From: Heterodontus francisci
Lineage: Eukaryota
Assembly (NCBI RefSeq): GCF_036365525.1
Contig: NC_090404.1
Coordinates: forward strand, 8,742,001-8,806,000
DNA length: 64,000 nucleotides
Reading direction: 5' to 3'
Positions 12,778 through 23,779 of the stretch are shown piece by piece (the stretch's first letter is position 1; the number at the start of each line of letters is the position of its first letter). The notes beneath the pieces were generated by a model. It made no database searches and was not told the origin of the DNA. It saw only the letters and a program-made list of their open reading frames with translations. Both the position numbers and the translations under genes were made by a program.

Positions 12778-13127
12778 GCACAGTGGTTAGCACCGCAGCC
12801 TCACAGCTCCAGCGACCCGGGTTCAATTCTGGGTACTGCCTGTGTGGAGTTTGCAAGTTCTCCCTGTGTTTGCGTGGGTTTCCTCCGGGTGCTCCGGTTT
12901 CCTCCCACATGCCAAAGACTTGCAGGTTGATAGGTAAATTGGCCATTAGCAATTGCCCCTAGTATAGGTCAGTGGTAGGGAAATATAGGGACAGATGGGG
13001 ATGTGGTAGGAATATGGGATTAGTATGGGATTAGTGTAGGATTAGTATAAATGGGTGGTTGATGGTCGGCACAGACTCGGTGGGCCGAAGGGCCTGTTTC
13101 AGTACTGTATCTCTAAACTAAACTAAA
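12778..13127 (+). mobile_element. tRNA-derived V-SINE (HE1-like)
   Basis: Near-identical to 9776-10122. Confidence 0.9.
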
Positions 13128-13614
13128 TACAGTATACTGAATTGATAGAAGCACAAGTAAAGTGTTGTTTCACGTGGAAAGAGTGTTTGAGGCCTTGGAC
13201 GGTAAGAAAGGAAGAGTGAAAAGGCACGTGTTGCATCTCCTGTGCTTTATTGGAAGGTGCCATGGGAACCGGGTGTTTGGAGTGATTGAAGAGGGCGTCA
13301 TTGTGCTTGGAAAGCACATTCCTTTGGAATGATGAAAGGGAAGAGGTGTTTCATCGTGGCATCATGCTGGATGTGGTGGAAAATGCAGAGGATGATCCGT
13401 TGAATGTGGAGGCTGGTGGGGTGGTAGGTGAGGACAAGCGGAATCCTGTTGTACTTCTAAGATGGAGGGAAGGGGTGAGAGCAGATGTGCAGGAAATGAA
13501 AAGCACATGGTCAGGTTCTGTCAACCACAAATTGGGGGGTGGGGTTAGGAGTCCTCTGTTAGGAAAAAGGAAGACGTACCAGAAGCGCTGGAATGGAAGG
13601 TACGACATTGCAAC

Positions 13615-14062
13615 CATAAGAATTAGGAGCATAGGTAGGCCATTCGGCCCATTGAGCCTGCTCCACCATTCAATAAGATCATGGCTGACCTGTTTGTCTC
13701 GAATTTCATACTCCCATCTACCCCGATAATCTTTGATTCCATTGCCTAACAAGAATCTATTTACTTCCGCCTTAAAAATATTCAATGATCCTGCCTCCAC
13801 CACCTTCTGAGGCAGAGAATTCCAAAATCTCACAACCCTCTGAGAGAAAAAATTTCTCCTCATCTCTGTCCTAAAAGGGCGACCCCTAATTTTAAAACAG
13901 TGACCCCTTGTTCTGGACTCACCCACAAAAGGAAACATCCTTTCCACAGCCGCCTTATCAAGACTGTTCAGGATCTTACATACTTGAATCAAGTCTCCCC
14001 TCACTCTTCTAAACTCCAGTGAAAACAAGCCCAGACTGTCCAACCTTTCCTCATAAGACAAG
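13615..14062 (-). mobile_element. CR1 LINE 3' fragment
   Basis: SYEERL...LFSLEFRRVRGDLI...TRGH...FFSQRVVRFWNSLP. Confidence 0.9.
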
Positions 14063-14519
14063 GTAGCATTGTCAGAACAGGGAGAATGGAGACGGAGAAA
14101 CTGGGAGAACGGAATAGTGTCCTGCAGGAAGCTGTGTATGAGGAAGTGTATTCTAGGTAATTGTGAGGAGCAGTGGGCTAAAAGTTGATATTGGTCGATA
14201 GACTATCCCCAGAAATGGAGACAGAGAAGTCGAGGATGGAAAGGAAAGAGTCGGAGATGGACCATGTGAAGGTGAGAGATGGTAGATATTGGAAACAAAG
14301 TTGATGAAATTTTCCAGTTCAGGATAAGAGCAGGAAATAGCACCAATAAAGTCATCAATATATCAGAAAAAAAGGTGAGGGAGCGGGTCTGAGTAGGACT
14401 AGAACAAAGAACGTTCCATATATCCCACAAAAGACAGGAATATCTCAGACCTATCCAGGTATCCACAGCAACATCTTTTATTTGGAGAAAGTGGAGTTAA
14501 AGGAGCAGTTGTTCAATGT

Positions 14520-14995
14520 ATTTACCCCGGATTCCTGGCGAGGCAGAATGTGGTCCATCGATGGCTGCAGGAGCTGTGTTCACAGGGAGGGTGGGCGGGG
14601 AGGCTTCAGAAACACTGGTGTAGGCCACAATCCCCAAATAAAAACCTCCAGGTCCCACGTTTGCAGCTTTTTCCGGCAACAGGCCCAGGATAATGGCCGC
14701 CATCTTGGTTGAGCGGGGAGCAGAGCGCATGCGCGGCCATTTTGGTGATGACGCACAGCGTGGGCGGGGCTTCAGGGTCCCAGTGACCCGGTGTGAAAAT
14801 CATTGACTCATTGATTTGGTTCTCACTCTGCACACGGGCTGGAGAACTGAACCCAGACAGAGTAGAGGGAGGGAGAAAACTGGCAGTGGAGGAAAGAAAT
14901 GGTGCAGATGGTGTGATGGGTTTGGATTTCAGCACAGGGAGGAGGGAGAGTGTGTGTGTCAGGGATTTACAGCTTTGGGGGAACATGAGAGAAAA
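14520..14995 (+). promoter_or_regulatory. ZNF upstream module with stacked YY1, NRF1, YY1, CRE, GC-box and AP-1 motifs
   Basis: GCCGCCATCTTG 14696-14707, GCGCATGCGC 14725-14734, GGCCATTTTG 14735-14744, TGACGCA 14749-14755, GGGCGGGGC 14762-14770, TGACTCA 14804-14810. Confidence 0.7.
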
Positions 14996-14999
14996 TGAT

Positions 15000-15960
15000 T
15001 TTTTTTTTGGAGAGTTGACTAAAGTAGCGCACAGGGAAATGTCTATGGATGTTATTTATATGGACTTTGATAAAGAACTTCATAAAAGACTGTTAGCTAA
15101 AATTGAAGCCAATGGAATTGAAGACACATTATTGACCAGGTTAAGAAATTGGCTGAGCAGCAGGAGACAGAGAGTAGGAATAATGAGCAGGTAATCTAAT
15201 TGGCAGGATGTGACTAGTGATGTCAAGCAAGGATCTGTGTTGAGGCTTCAACAAGTCACTGTATTTATTAATGACATAGATGATGGGATAGGAAGGCACT
15301 TTTTCAAATTTGCCAATGACACAAAGATGGGTGAAATTGTAAGAAGTGTGGATGGAAGCATACAATTACAAAGAGATATTAATTGATTAAGTCAATGTGC
15401 AAAACTGTAGCAAATGGATTTCAGTGTAGGTAAATGTGAGGTCATCCACCTTGAACCTAAAGAGGATAAAACAGAGTACTTTCTAAATGCTGAAAAGTGA
15501 GAAACAGTGGCTGTCTAAAGTCACCTTGGTGTCTAGGTACCTAAATCATTAAAATGCCATCAATAGGTACAGAAGATAATCAAAAAGTCTAATTCAACTC
15601 TGGTCGTTATATCCAGACTAGAATACAAGGGGGTAGATGTCATGCTTCAGCTATACAAAGCCCTGGTTAGAGCACACCTGGAATACTGAAAGTGATTCTG
15701 GGCATCACACCTTAGGAAGGATATATTGGCCTTGGAGGGGGTGCAGTGTAGATTTATCAAAACGATACCTAGAATACAAGGGTCAAATTTCAAGGATATT
15801 ACAGAGATTAAGGTATTCCCTGGAATTTAGAAGGTTAAGGGATGATTTGATATCAGTTTTCAAGATATTAAACGTAACAGAAACTATTTCTGCTATTTGA
15901 GGAGTCTTGGATTTGGGGCATAGACTAAACATCAAACCAGACCTTTCAGAAGTGAAATTA
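15000..15960 (+). mobile_element. CR1 RT fragment, old
   Basis: MDVIYMDF, NWLSSRRQRV, FANDTK, SLEFRRLRDDLI. Confidence 0.85.
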
Positions 15961-16049
15961 GGAATTAGAAAGAGAGGATTTACAGATGGGAAACTCAAAC
16001 TAAATATCACACTCGAGCTCTGACCTAGCCACTGGATTCTACACTATAC

Positions 16050-19000
16050 AGAAGCAGTGGGAGAGGAGTGGAGATTTAAAAAGCACGGCCAAAAGGTTCA
16101 GAAGCCGGAGGGAAGCAGCGGGAGAGGAGCAGAGGTTCAGAGGGAAGGAGTGGGAGAGAAGCGGAGGTTCAGAGGGAAGCAGAGGTTCGGAGGGAACCAG
16201 CGGGAGAGGAGCAGAGGTTCAGAGGGAAGCAGTGGGAGAGGAGCGGAGGTTCGGAGGGAAGCTGTGGGAGAGGAGCGGAGGAGCAGAGGTTCGGAGGGAA
16301 GCTGTGGGAGAGGAACGGAGGAGCAGAGGTTCAGAGGGAAGCAGCGGGAGAGGAGCAGTGGATTGGAGGGAAGCAATGGGAGAAGGGCGGAGGTTCAGAG
16401 GGAAGCAGCAGGAGAGGAGTGGAGGCTCAGAGGCCGGAGGGAAGCAACGGGAGAGGAGCGGGGGTTCGGAGGGAAGCTGTGGGAGAAGAGCGGAGGTTCG
16501 GAGGGAAGCTGTGGGAGACGAGCGGAGGTTCGGAGGGAAGCAGTGGGAGAGGAGTGGAGGTTCGGAGGGAAGCAGTGGGAGAGGAGCGGCGGTTCGGAGG
16601 GAAGGAGTGGGAGAGGAGCAGAGCTTCAGAGGGAAGCAGAGGTTCGGAGGGAAGCAGTGGGAGAGGAGCAGAGGTTCGGAGGGAAGCAGCGGGAGAGGAG
16701 CGAAGGTTCGGAGGGAAGGAGTGGGAGAGAAGCGGAGGTTCAGAGGGAAGCAGAGGTTCGGAGGGAACCAGCGGGAGAGGAGCAGAGGTTCAGAGGGAAG
16801 CAGCGGGAGAGGAGCGAAGGTTCGGAGGGAAGGAGTGGGAGAGAAGCGGAGGTTCAGAGGGAAGCAGAGGTTCGGAGGGAACCAGCGGGAGAGGAGCAGA
16901 GGTTCAGAGGGAAGCAGTGGGAGAGGAGCGGAGGTTCGGAGGGAAGCTGTGGGAGAGGAGCGGAGGAGCAGAGGTTCGGAGGGAAGCTGTGGGAGAGGAA
17001 CGGAGGAGCAGAGGTTCAGAGGGAAGCAGCGGGAGAGGAGCAGTGGATTGGAGGGAAGCAATGGGAGAAGGGCGGAGGTTCAGAGGGAAGCAGCAGGAGA
17101 GGGGCGGAGGTTCAGAGGGAAGCAGCAGGAGAGGAGTGGAGGCTCAGAGGCCGGAGGGAAGCAACGGGAGAGGAGCGGAGGTTCGGAGGGAAGCTGTGGG
17201 AGAAGAGCGGAGGTTCGGAGGGAAGCTGTGGGAGAAGAGCGGAGGTTCGGAGGGAAGCTGTGGGAGACGAGCGGAGGTTCGGAGGGAAGCAGTGGGAGAG
17301 GAGCGGAGGTTCGGAGGGAAGCAGTGGGAGAGGAGCGGAGGTTCGGAGGGAAGCTGTGCGAGAGGAGCGGAGGAGCAGAAGTTCAGAGGGAAGCAGCGGG
17401 AGAGGAGCGGAGGTTCGGAGGGAAGCTGTGCGAGAGGAGCGGAGGAGCAGAGGTTCAGAGGGAAGCAGCGGGAGAGGAGCAGTGGATTGGAGGGAAGCAA
17501 CGGGAGAAGGGCGGAGGTTCAGAGGGAAGCAGCAGGAGAGGAGCGGAGGCTCAGCGGCCGGAGGGAAGCAACGGGAGAGGAGCGGAGGTTCGGAGGGAAG
17601 CTGTGGGAGAAGAGCGGAGGTTCGGAGGGAAGCTGTGGGAGACAAGCGGAGGTTCGGAGGGAAGCAGTGGGAGAGGAGCGGAGGGAAGGAGTGGGAGAGG
17701 AGCAGAGGTTCAGAGGGAAGCTGTGGGAGAAGAGCGGAGGTTCGGAGGGAAGCAGTGGGAGAGGAGCGGCGGTTCGGAGGGAAGCAGCGGGAAAGGAGAG
17801 GAGGTTTGGAGTGAAGCAGCGGGAGAGGAGCGGAGGTTCGGAGGGAAGCAGTGGGAGAGGAGCGGAGGGAAGCAGTGGGAGAGGAGCGGAGGTTCGGAGG
17901 GAAGCAGCGGGAAAGGAGAGGAGGTTCGGAGAGAAGCAGCGGGAGAGGTGCGGAGGTTCGGAGGGAAGCAGCGAGAGAGGAGAGGAGGTTCGGAGAGAAG
18001 AAGCGGGAGAGGAGCGGAGGTTCGGAGGGAAGCTGTGGGAGAAGAGCGGAGGTTCGGAGGGAAGCTGTGGGAGAAGAGCGGAGGTTCGGAGGGAAGCTGT
18101 GGGAGACAAGCGGAGGTTCGGAGGGAAGCAGTGGGAGAGGAGCGGAGGGAAGGAGTGGGAGAGGTTCAGAGGGAAGCTGTGGGAGACGAGCGGCGGTTCA
18201 GAGGGAAGCAGTGGGAGAGGAGCGGCGGTTCGGAGGGAAGCAGCGGGAAAGGAGAGGAGGTTTGGAGTGAAGCAGCGGGAGAGGAGCGGAGGTTCGGAGG
18301 GAAGCAGTGGGAGAGGAGCGGAGGGAAGCAGTGGGAGAGGAGCGGAGGTTCGGAGGGAAGCAGCGGGAAAGGAGAGGAGGTTCGGAGAGAAGCAGCGGGA
18401 GAGGTGCGGAGGTTCGGAGGGAAGCAGCGAGAGAGGAGAGGAGGTTCGGAGAGAAGAAGCGGGAGAGGAGCGGAGGTTCGGAGGGAAGCAGCGGGAGAGG
18501 AGAGGAGGTTCGGAGAGAAGCAGCGGGAGAGGAGTGGAGGTTCGGAGGGAAGCAGTGGGAGAGGAGCGGAGGTTCAGAGGGAAGCTGTGGGAGAAGAGCG
18601 GAGGTTCGGAGGGAAGCAGTGGGAGAGGAGAGGAGGTTCGGAGAGAAGCAGCGGGAGAGGAGCGGAGTTTCGGAGGGAAGCAGTGGGACAGGAGCGGCGG
18701 TTCGGAGGGAAGCAGTGGGAGAGGAGCGGAGGTTCGGAGGGAAGCAGTGGGAGAGGAGAGGAGAGAAGCAGCGGGACAGGAGCGGAGTTTCGGAGGGAAG
18801 CAGTGGGAGAGGAGCGGAGGTTCGGAGGGAAGCAGTGGGAGAGGAGAGGAGTTTCGGAGGGAAGCAGTGGGAGAGGAGCGGAGGTTCGGAGGGAAGCAGT
18901 GGGAGAGGAGAGGAGTTTCGGAGGGAAGCAGTGGGAGAGGAGAGGAGTTTCGGAGGGAAGCAGTGGGAGAGGAGCGGAGGTTCGGAGGGAAGCAGTGGGA

Positions 19001-19785
19001 GAGGAGAGGAGTTTCGGAGGGAAGCAGTGGGAGAGGAGCGGAGGTTCGGAGGGAAGCAGTGGAAGAGGAGCAGAGGTTCGGAGGGAAGCAGTGGGAGAGG
19101 AGTGGAGGGAAGGAGTGGGAGAGGAGCGAAGGTTCAGAGGGAAGCTGTGGGAGAAGAGCGGAGGTTCGGAGGGAAGCTGTGGGAGACGAGCGGAGGTTCG
19201 GAGGGAAGCTGTGGGAGACGAGCGGAGGTTCGGAGGGAAGCTGTGGGAGACGAGCAGAGGTTCGGAGGGAAGCAGTGGGAGAGGAGCGGAGTTTCAGAGG
19301 GAAGCTGTGGGAGAGGAGCAGAGGTTTGGAGGGAAGCAGTGAGAGAGGAGCGGAGGTTCGGAGGGAAGCAGTGGGAGAGGAGCGGAGGTTCGGAGGGAAG
19401 CAGTGGGAGAGGTTCGGAGGGAAGCAGCGGGAGAGGAGCTGAGGTTCGGAGGGAAGCTGTGGGAGAGGAGCGGAGGTTCGGAGGGAAGCTGTGGGAGAGG
19501 AGCGGAGGTTCGGAGGGAAGCTGTGGGAGAGGAGCAGAGGTTCGGAGGGAAGCTGTGGGAGAGGAGCGGAGGTTCGGAGGGAAGCTGTGGGAGAGGAGCG
19601 GAGGTTCGGAGGGAAGCTGTGGGAGAGAAGCAGAGGTTCGGAGGGAAGCTGTGGGAGAGGAGCGGAAGTTCGGAGGGAAGCTGTGGGAGAGGAGCGGAGG
19701 TTTGGAGGGAAGCTGTGGGAGAGGAGCGGAGGTTCGGAGGGAAGCAGTGAGAGAGGAGCAGAGGTTCGGAGGGAAGCTGTGGGGA
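16050..19785 (+). repeat. G/A-rich minisatellite, 32-bp unit GGGAGAGGAGCGGAGGTTCGGAGGGAAGC(A/T)GT with higher-order blocks
   Basis: Direct tandem repetition over ~3.7 kb; produces long spurious ORFs in all three + frames. Confidence 0.97.
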
Positions 19786-19789
19786 AACA

Positions 19790-20530
19790 GAAAGCTAGCC
19801 GGAGTAAGTATACCAGTAAGCTTTTAATTTAAGCTAAATTAATCAAATATAAAATAAAACTTGATCGATTCATTCGTATAAAAATGAAAAACTAAGGCGA
19901 ATTTTATAATGTATCATCTAGAGAGACAGCGAAACCAGCAGGGAGGGTATTGCTTCTAATTAGGAGCTGGGGCATTAAAATTATTCAGTCAGGGTCCTGT
20001 AACAGTAAGTGTTGTAATAAGAGTATAAGCACAGAGCAGAACTAGAGATATTCATTAAAATTGATAGTTTAAACAGGGTATTAAATAGAGCGTGAAAAAA
20101 GGGAAGAGAGGATATTTTTTAGATCACGGATGGGCAGCTGAAACATGGTGCCTGCAATTCCTGTGCCATGTGGGAACTTCAGGACACGTCATGCAGTCAG
20201 GGGGACAGACAGCCATTTCTTTAACCGTTATCATGAGTCCTGCAGATTGTATTTCCTCCCTGCTAGGGTAAAGGACATCATGGAGAGGGTGCAGGATATT
20301 CTATAGGGGGAAAGGAGTGAGCCAGATGTTGTGGTACGCGTTGGTACCAATGACATAGCAAGGGCAGGTATTGAGGTCCTATGGACAAATTTTCAGGAGC
20401 TAGGGAGGAAGTTATAGAGTAGGACCTGGAGGTTAGTAATCTTTGGGTTACTTCCAGTGCCATGTCCGAGCGAGTGTAGAAATAGGAAGCTTGGGAGGAT
20501 CAATGCATGGCTTGAAGCATGGTGCAGCAG
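19790..20530 (+). mobile_element. CR1 5' region/ORF1 remnant (Cys motif and SGNH esterase)
   Basis: CNSCAMWEL at ~20153-20180; ARVKDI...EPDVVVRVGTNDI at ~20260-20360. Confidence 0.75.
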
Positions 20531-20599
20531 GTGGCATGAAGTGAATTGCTCACTCGGAAAGCCAGGGCAGACAGGATGGACTGAATGGCCTCCTCCTGT

Positions 20600-21028
20600 G
20601 CTGGACCAATTCTATTTAGGCATTTTTCTTTAGTAAAGGGAAGACTTGGAGGTGATCTGATCGAGGTCTTTAAAATTATCAATGGGTTGAACGTGGAGAG
20701 AATGTTTCCACTTGTGGGAGAATCCAAACTTAGGGGCAATAAATACAAGACAGTTCGTTGTAAATCCAGAGGAGAGATTTCTTTACTCAGAGAGTGGGTA
20801 GAATGTGGAACTCGATACCACAGGAAATGTTTGAGGTAAATGGCGTAGATGCTTTCAAAAGGAAACTAGACAAGTCCATGAGAGCAAAGGCAACAAAAAG
20901 ATCTGCTGAAAGGCTGAGATGAGGTAGACAGAATGGGAGGAGATTCATGAGCGATATAAACACCAGCACAGACTAGTTGGGCTGAATGGCCTGTTTGTGT
21001 ATTGTATATTTTAAGTAATCCTATGTAA
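20600..21028 (+). mobile_element. CR1 3' fragment directly upstream of the ZNF acceptor (shared with 52445-52890)
   Basis: GDLIEVFKIINGL, VERMFPLVGESK, CR1 tail. Confidence 0.85.
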
Positions 21029-21041
21029 TCTTCCGTTATAG

Positions 21042-21391
21042 GGTATTAGAAGGGGAGGATTTGCAGATGGGAAGCTCAAACCAAACATCACATCAAGATC
21101 TGGCAGTCACTCAATTCATCAGGACCAAAATATCATCGGCTTTTGAATGTGGAAGGAGAAATGTTTGTCTTTTCTGTCTCTGGGAGAAGATTTCAAACAT
21201 CAGTGTGACTGGAAAAGCACAGACACACACACCCGAGTGAGAGTGTACTGAATGTGGAAAGAACTTTCACCAGTTACACAGCCTGAAAAACATCGCAACA
21301 TTCACAGTGGAGAGATACTGTAGACACGTCTCGGTGTGGACGAGGCTTTAACTGATCATCCAACCTGGAAAGACACAAGGACACTCGTACC
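21042..21391 (+). other. 5' leader built from three degenerate zinc fingers; uORF 21161-21208
   Basis: Acceptor AG 21040-21041; ATG-FVFSVSGRRFQTSV-TGA; in-frame TGA 21353-21355. Confidence 0.75.
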
Positions 21392-22570
21392 ATGGCAAAA
21401 TCATGGAAGTGTGGGGACTGTGGGAAAGGATTCAGTTACCCGTCTGAGCTGGAAATTCATTGGCGCAGTCACACTGGGGAGAGGCCGTTTACCTGCTCTG
21501 TGTGTGGAAAGGGATTCACTCAGTCATCCGGTCTCTATGCACACCAGCGAGTTCATACTGGAGAGAGGCCGTTCATCTGCCTTGAATGTGGGAAGGAATT
21601 TAATGTTTTATCAACCCTCCAGCAACACAAGCGGGTTCACTCTGCTAAGAGACCGTTCAAATGTTCTGACTGTGAGAAGAGCTTTAAAAGCACAAAGGAT
21701 CTACTGGCACACCAACGCACTCACACTGGGGAGAGGCCGTTTATCTGCTCTGTGTGCGGGAAGGGATTCACACAGTCATCCCACCTCCTGAGACATCAAC
21801 TAGTTCACTCTGATAACAGACCTTTTCAATGTTCTAACTGTGGGAATAGCTTTAAAAGTAAAATTGATTTACTGAACCATCAACGCACTCACACTGGGGA
21901 GAGGCCGTTCACCTGCTGTGTGTGTGGGAAGGGATTCACTCAGTCATCCACCCTCTATACACACCGGCGAGTTCATACTGGAGAGAGGCCATTCACCTGT
22001 CTTGAATGTGGGAAGGGATTTACTGTTTTATCAAACCTCCGGACACACCAGCGACTTCACTCTGATAAGAGACCATTTATCTGTTCTGACTGTGGGAAGA
22101 GCTTTAAAAGCACAAAGAATTTACTGAACCACCAACGTACTCACACTGGGGAGAGACCGTTCACTTGCTCTGTTTGTGGAATGGGATTCACTCAGTCATC
22201 CCACCTCACTGAACATCAACTTGTTCACACTGATGAGAGACCTTTAAAATGTTACGACTGTGAAAAGAGATTTAAACACAAAAACGATCTGATAAAACAC
22301 CAACGTACTCACACTGGGGAGAGACCCTTCACCTGCTCTGTCTGTGGAAAGGGATTCAATCAGTCATCCCACCTCACTGAACACCAACTTGTTCACACTG
22401 ATAAGAGACCTTTTAAATGTTTCAGCTGTGAGAAAAGTTTTAAAAGTAAAAGGAATCTGCTGACACACCAGCAGGTTCACACCAGGGAGAGGTCGTTCAC
22501 CTGCTGTGCATGTGGGAAGGGATTCACTCAGTCATCGAACCTGCTGAGACACCAGCAAGTTCACAAGTGA
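21392..22570 (+). CDS. C2H2 zinc-finger protein, 14 tandem fingers, no effector domain
   Basis: 392 aa = 14 x 28; all C/H ligands intact; TGERPF and SDKRPF linkers; ACCATGG Kozak context. Confidence 0.92.
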   Translation: MAKSWKCGDCGKGFSYPSELEIHWRSHTGERPFTCSVCGKGFTQSSGLYAHQRVHTGERPFICLECGKEFNVLSTLQQHKRVHSAKRPFKCSDCEKSFKSTKDLLAHQRTHTGERPFICSVCGKGFTQSSHLLRHQLVHSDNRPFQCSNCGNSFKSKIDLLNHQRTHTGERPFTCCVCGKGFTQSSTLYTHRRVHTGERPFTCLECGKGFTVLSNLRTHQRLHSDKRPFICSDCGKSFKSTKNLLNHQRTHTGERPFTCSVCGMGFTQSSHLTEHQLVHTDERPLKCYDCEKRFKHKNDLIKHQRTHTGERPFTCSVCGKGFNQSSHLTEHQLVHTDKRPFKCFSCEKSFKSKRNLLTHQQVHTRERSFTCCACGKGFTQSSNLLRHQQVHK

Positions 22571-22779
22571 CTGCAGGGATTGGATTCTGATGTTGCTGCT
22601 GTTAATCACATCCTGAACTGAGTCTTGACTGAAAGCTTTTTTCCAGTTGGGTTTCCAAAGGGCTCAGCACTAGGCCGCTTTCTTTTTGTGGTTACATATC
22701 AATTATTTAGACTTCAATGTAGGGGGCATGATTAAGAAGTTTGCAGATGATACAAAAACTTGGTCATGGGGTTGATAAT

Positions 22780-23744
22780 TGTTACAATGGTGCAGGACAA
22801 AGCCCCCCAATTAAAATATATGATTCTGATCGCGGTGGAAGCAACGTACTGTTAATTCAGTCCCGTCGCTCCACAGGTCGCAGCATATTTCTTTAAGCTT
22901 TCCAAATCGAACAATCTAGTAACCCCCGAATGCAGTGGACCAAACCAGGTATCTTTAGATATCAACAAATTAACTATTTATTTTTTAAAAACTAAAATCT
23001 TAAACACTAAGATAAACCAATATCTAAAGTACTTATAACTTCTTATTTAAAAATCTAACTCCTGCATTCACATACATATACGCAAACTAACAGTAGTTTT
23101 GTTTTTAATTAGCTGACTGGAAAAAAAAAGTCTTTGCAAGTTACATTCCTGACGAATGGAGTCTTCCAATGTAGAAAGGTCACTTGAAGTCTTCACAGTG
23201 GCCCGATGGGAAAAATAATGTCCTTCAAAGATAGGAATTTAGCAGTTTGGCTGTTGTATCATCAACTGTCCCTCCAGTGGTGAACCCAGCAATACCGATA
23301 CTTTGTTGAGAAAGAAAAGCTTTTCTTATCTTCTGAGGGAATTAATTTGGCTTGTTGCTTTGTCGAATCTACTTGAGAGACAGAGAGAAATAAAATGGCT
23401 TCTTCCTTCAACTGCTGGAACAGTCTCTGCCTAAACCAGTCTGTGCCAGCTAGTTTGCAAAAGTCAAATAGCAAAATTGAACCATGTGACCTCTTTTTTT
23501 TATTTAGAGATACAGCACTGAAAAAGGCCCTTTGGCCCACCGGGTCTGTGCTGACCATCAAACACCCATTTATACTAGTCCTACATTAATCCCATATTCC
23601 TACCTCTTGCTGCTGTTGCTTGGCAACCAGGATGCACTCTGGCAGACTGAATCTCCAAAACATTGTCTTAAAGGTGCACTGACCTTTTTACAGTCTTAAA
23701 GGCATAGACAATATTTCTGAGGAGAAAAAAACAAGACCGTGACA
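22780..23744. mobile_element. Solo LTR (Gypsy/ERV type) containing a V-SINE tail fragment at ~23497-23604
   Basis: TGTTAC...GTGACA termini; 4-bp TSD TAAT at 22776-22779 and 23745-23748; CR1 sequence continues across it. Confidence 0.8.
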
Positions 23745-23779
23745 TAATGAAGAAGAAAGCTGTAGACTGGAGGAAGATT

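Larger units (their letters stand above)
12297..14520 (-). mobile_element. Penelope-like element (RT + GIY-YIG), degenerate, with nested SINE and CR1
   Basis: KQHFTCASINSVYCI, GNRFAEHLQSV and RT segments homologous to 61.6-63.0 kb. Confidence 0.8.

Noticed and set aside
16057-19832. ORFs of 500-1000 aa rich in G/E/R/S
   Set aside because: Artefact of a stop-free 32-bp minisatellite: the same peptide cycle appears in all three frames
21161-21391. Selenocysteine or readthrough recoding of the conserved TGAs (one paralog has TGC)
   Set aside because: The stops are not at zinc-ligand positions; in both intact genes the leader has further stops, indels and lost cysteines; no SECIS was recognised
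21042-22620. ZNF cassette as a self-mobilising or retroposed element
   Set aside because: No TSDs, poly(A) or terminal repeats; copies share intronic sequence, flanks and LINE insertions, indicating segmental duplication
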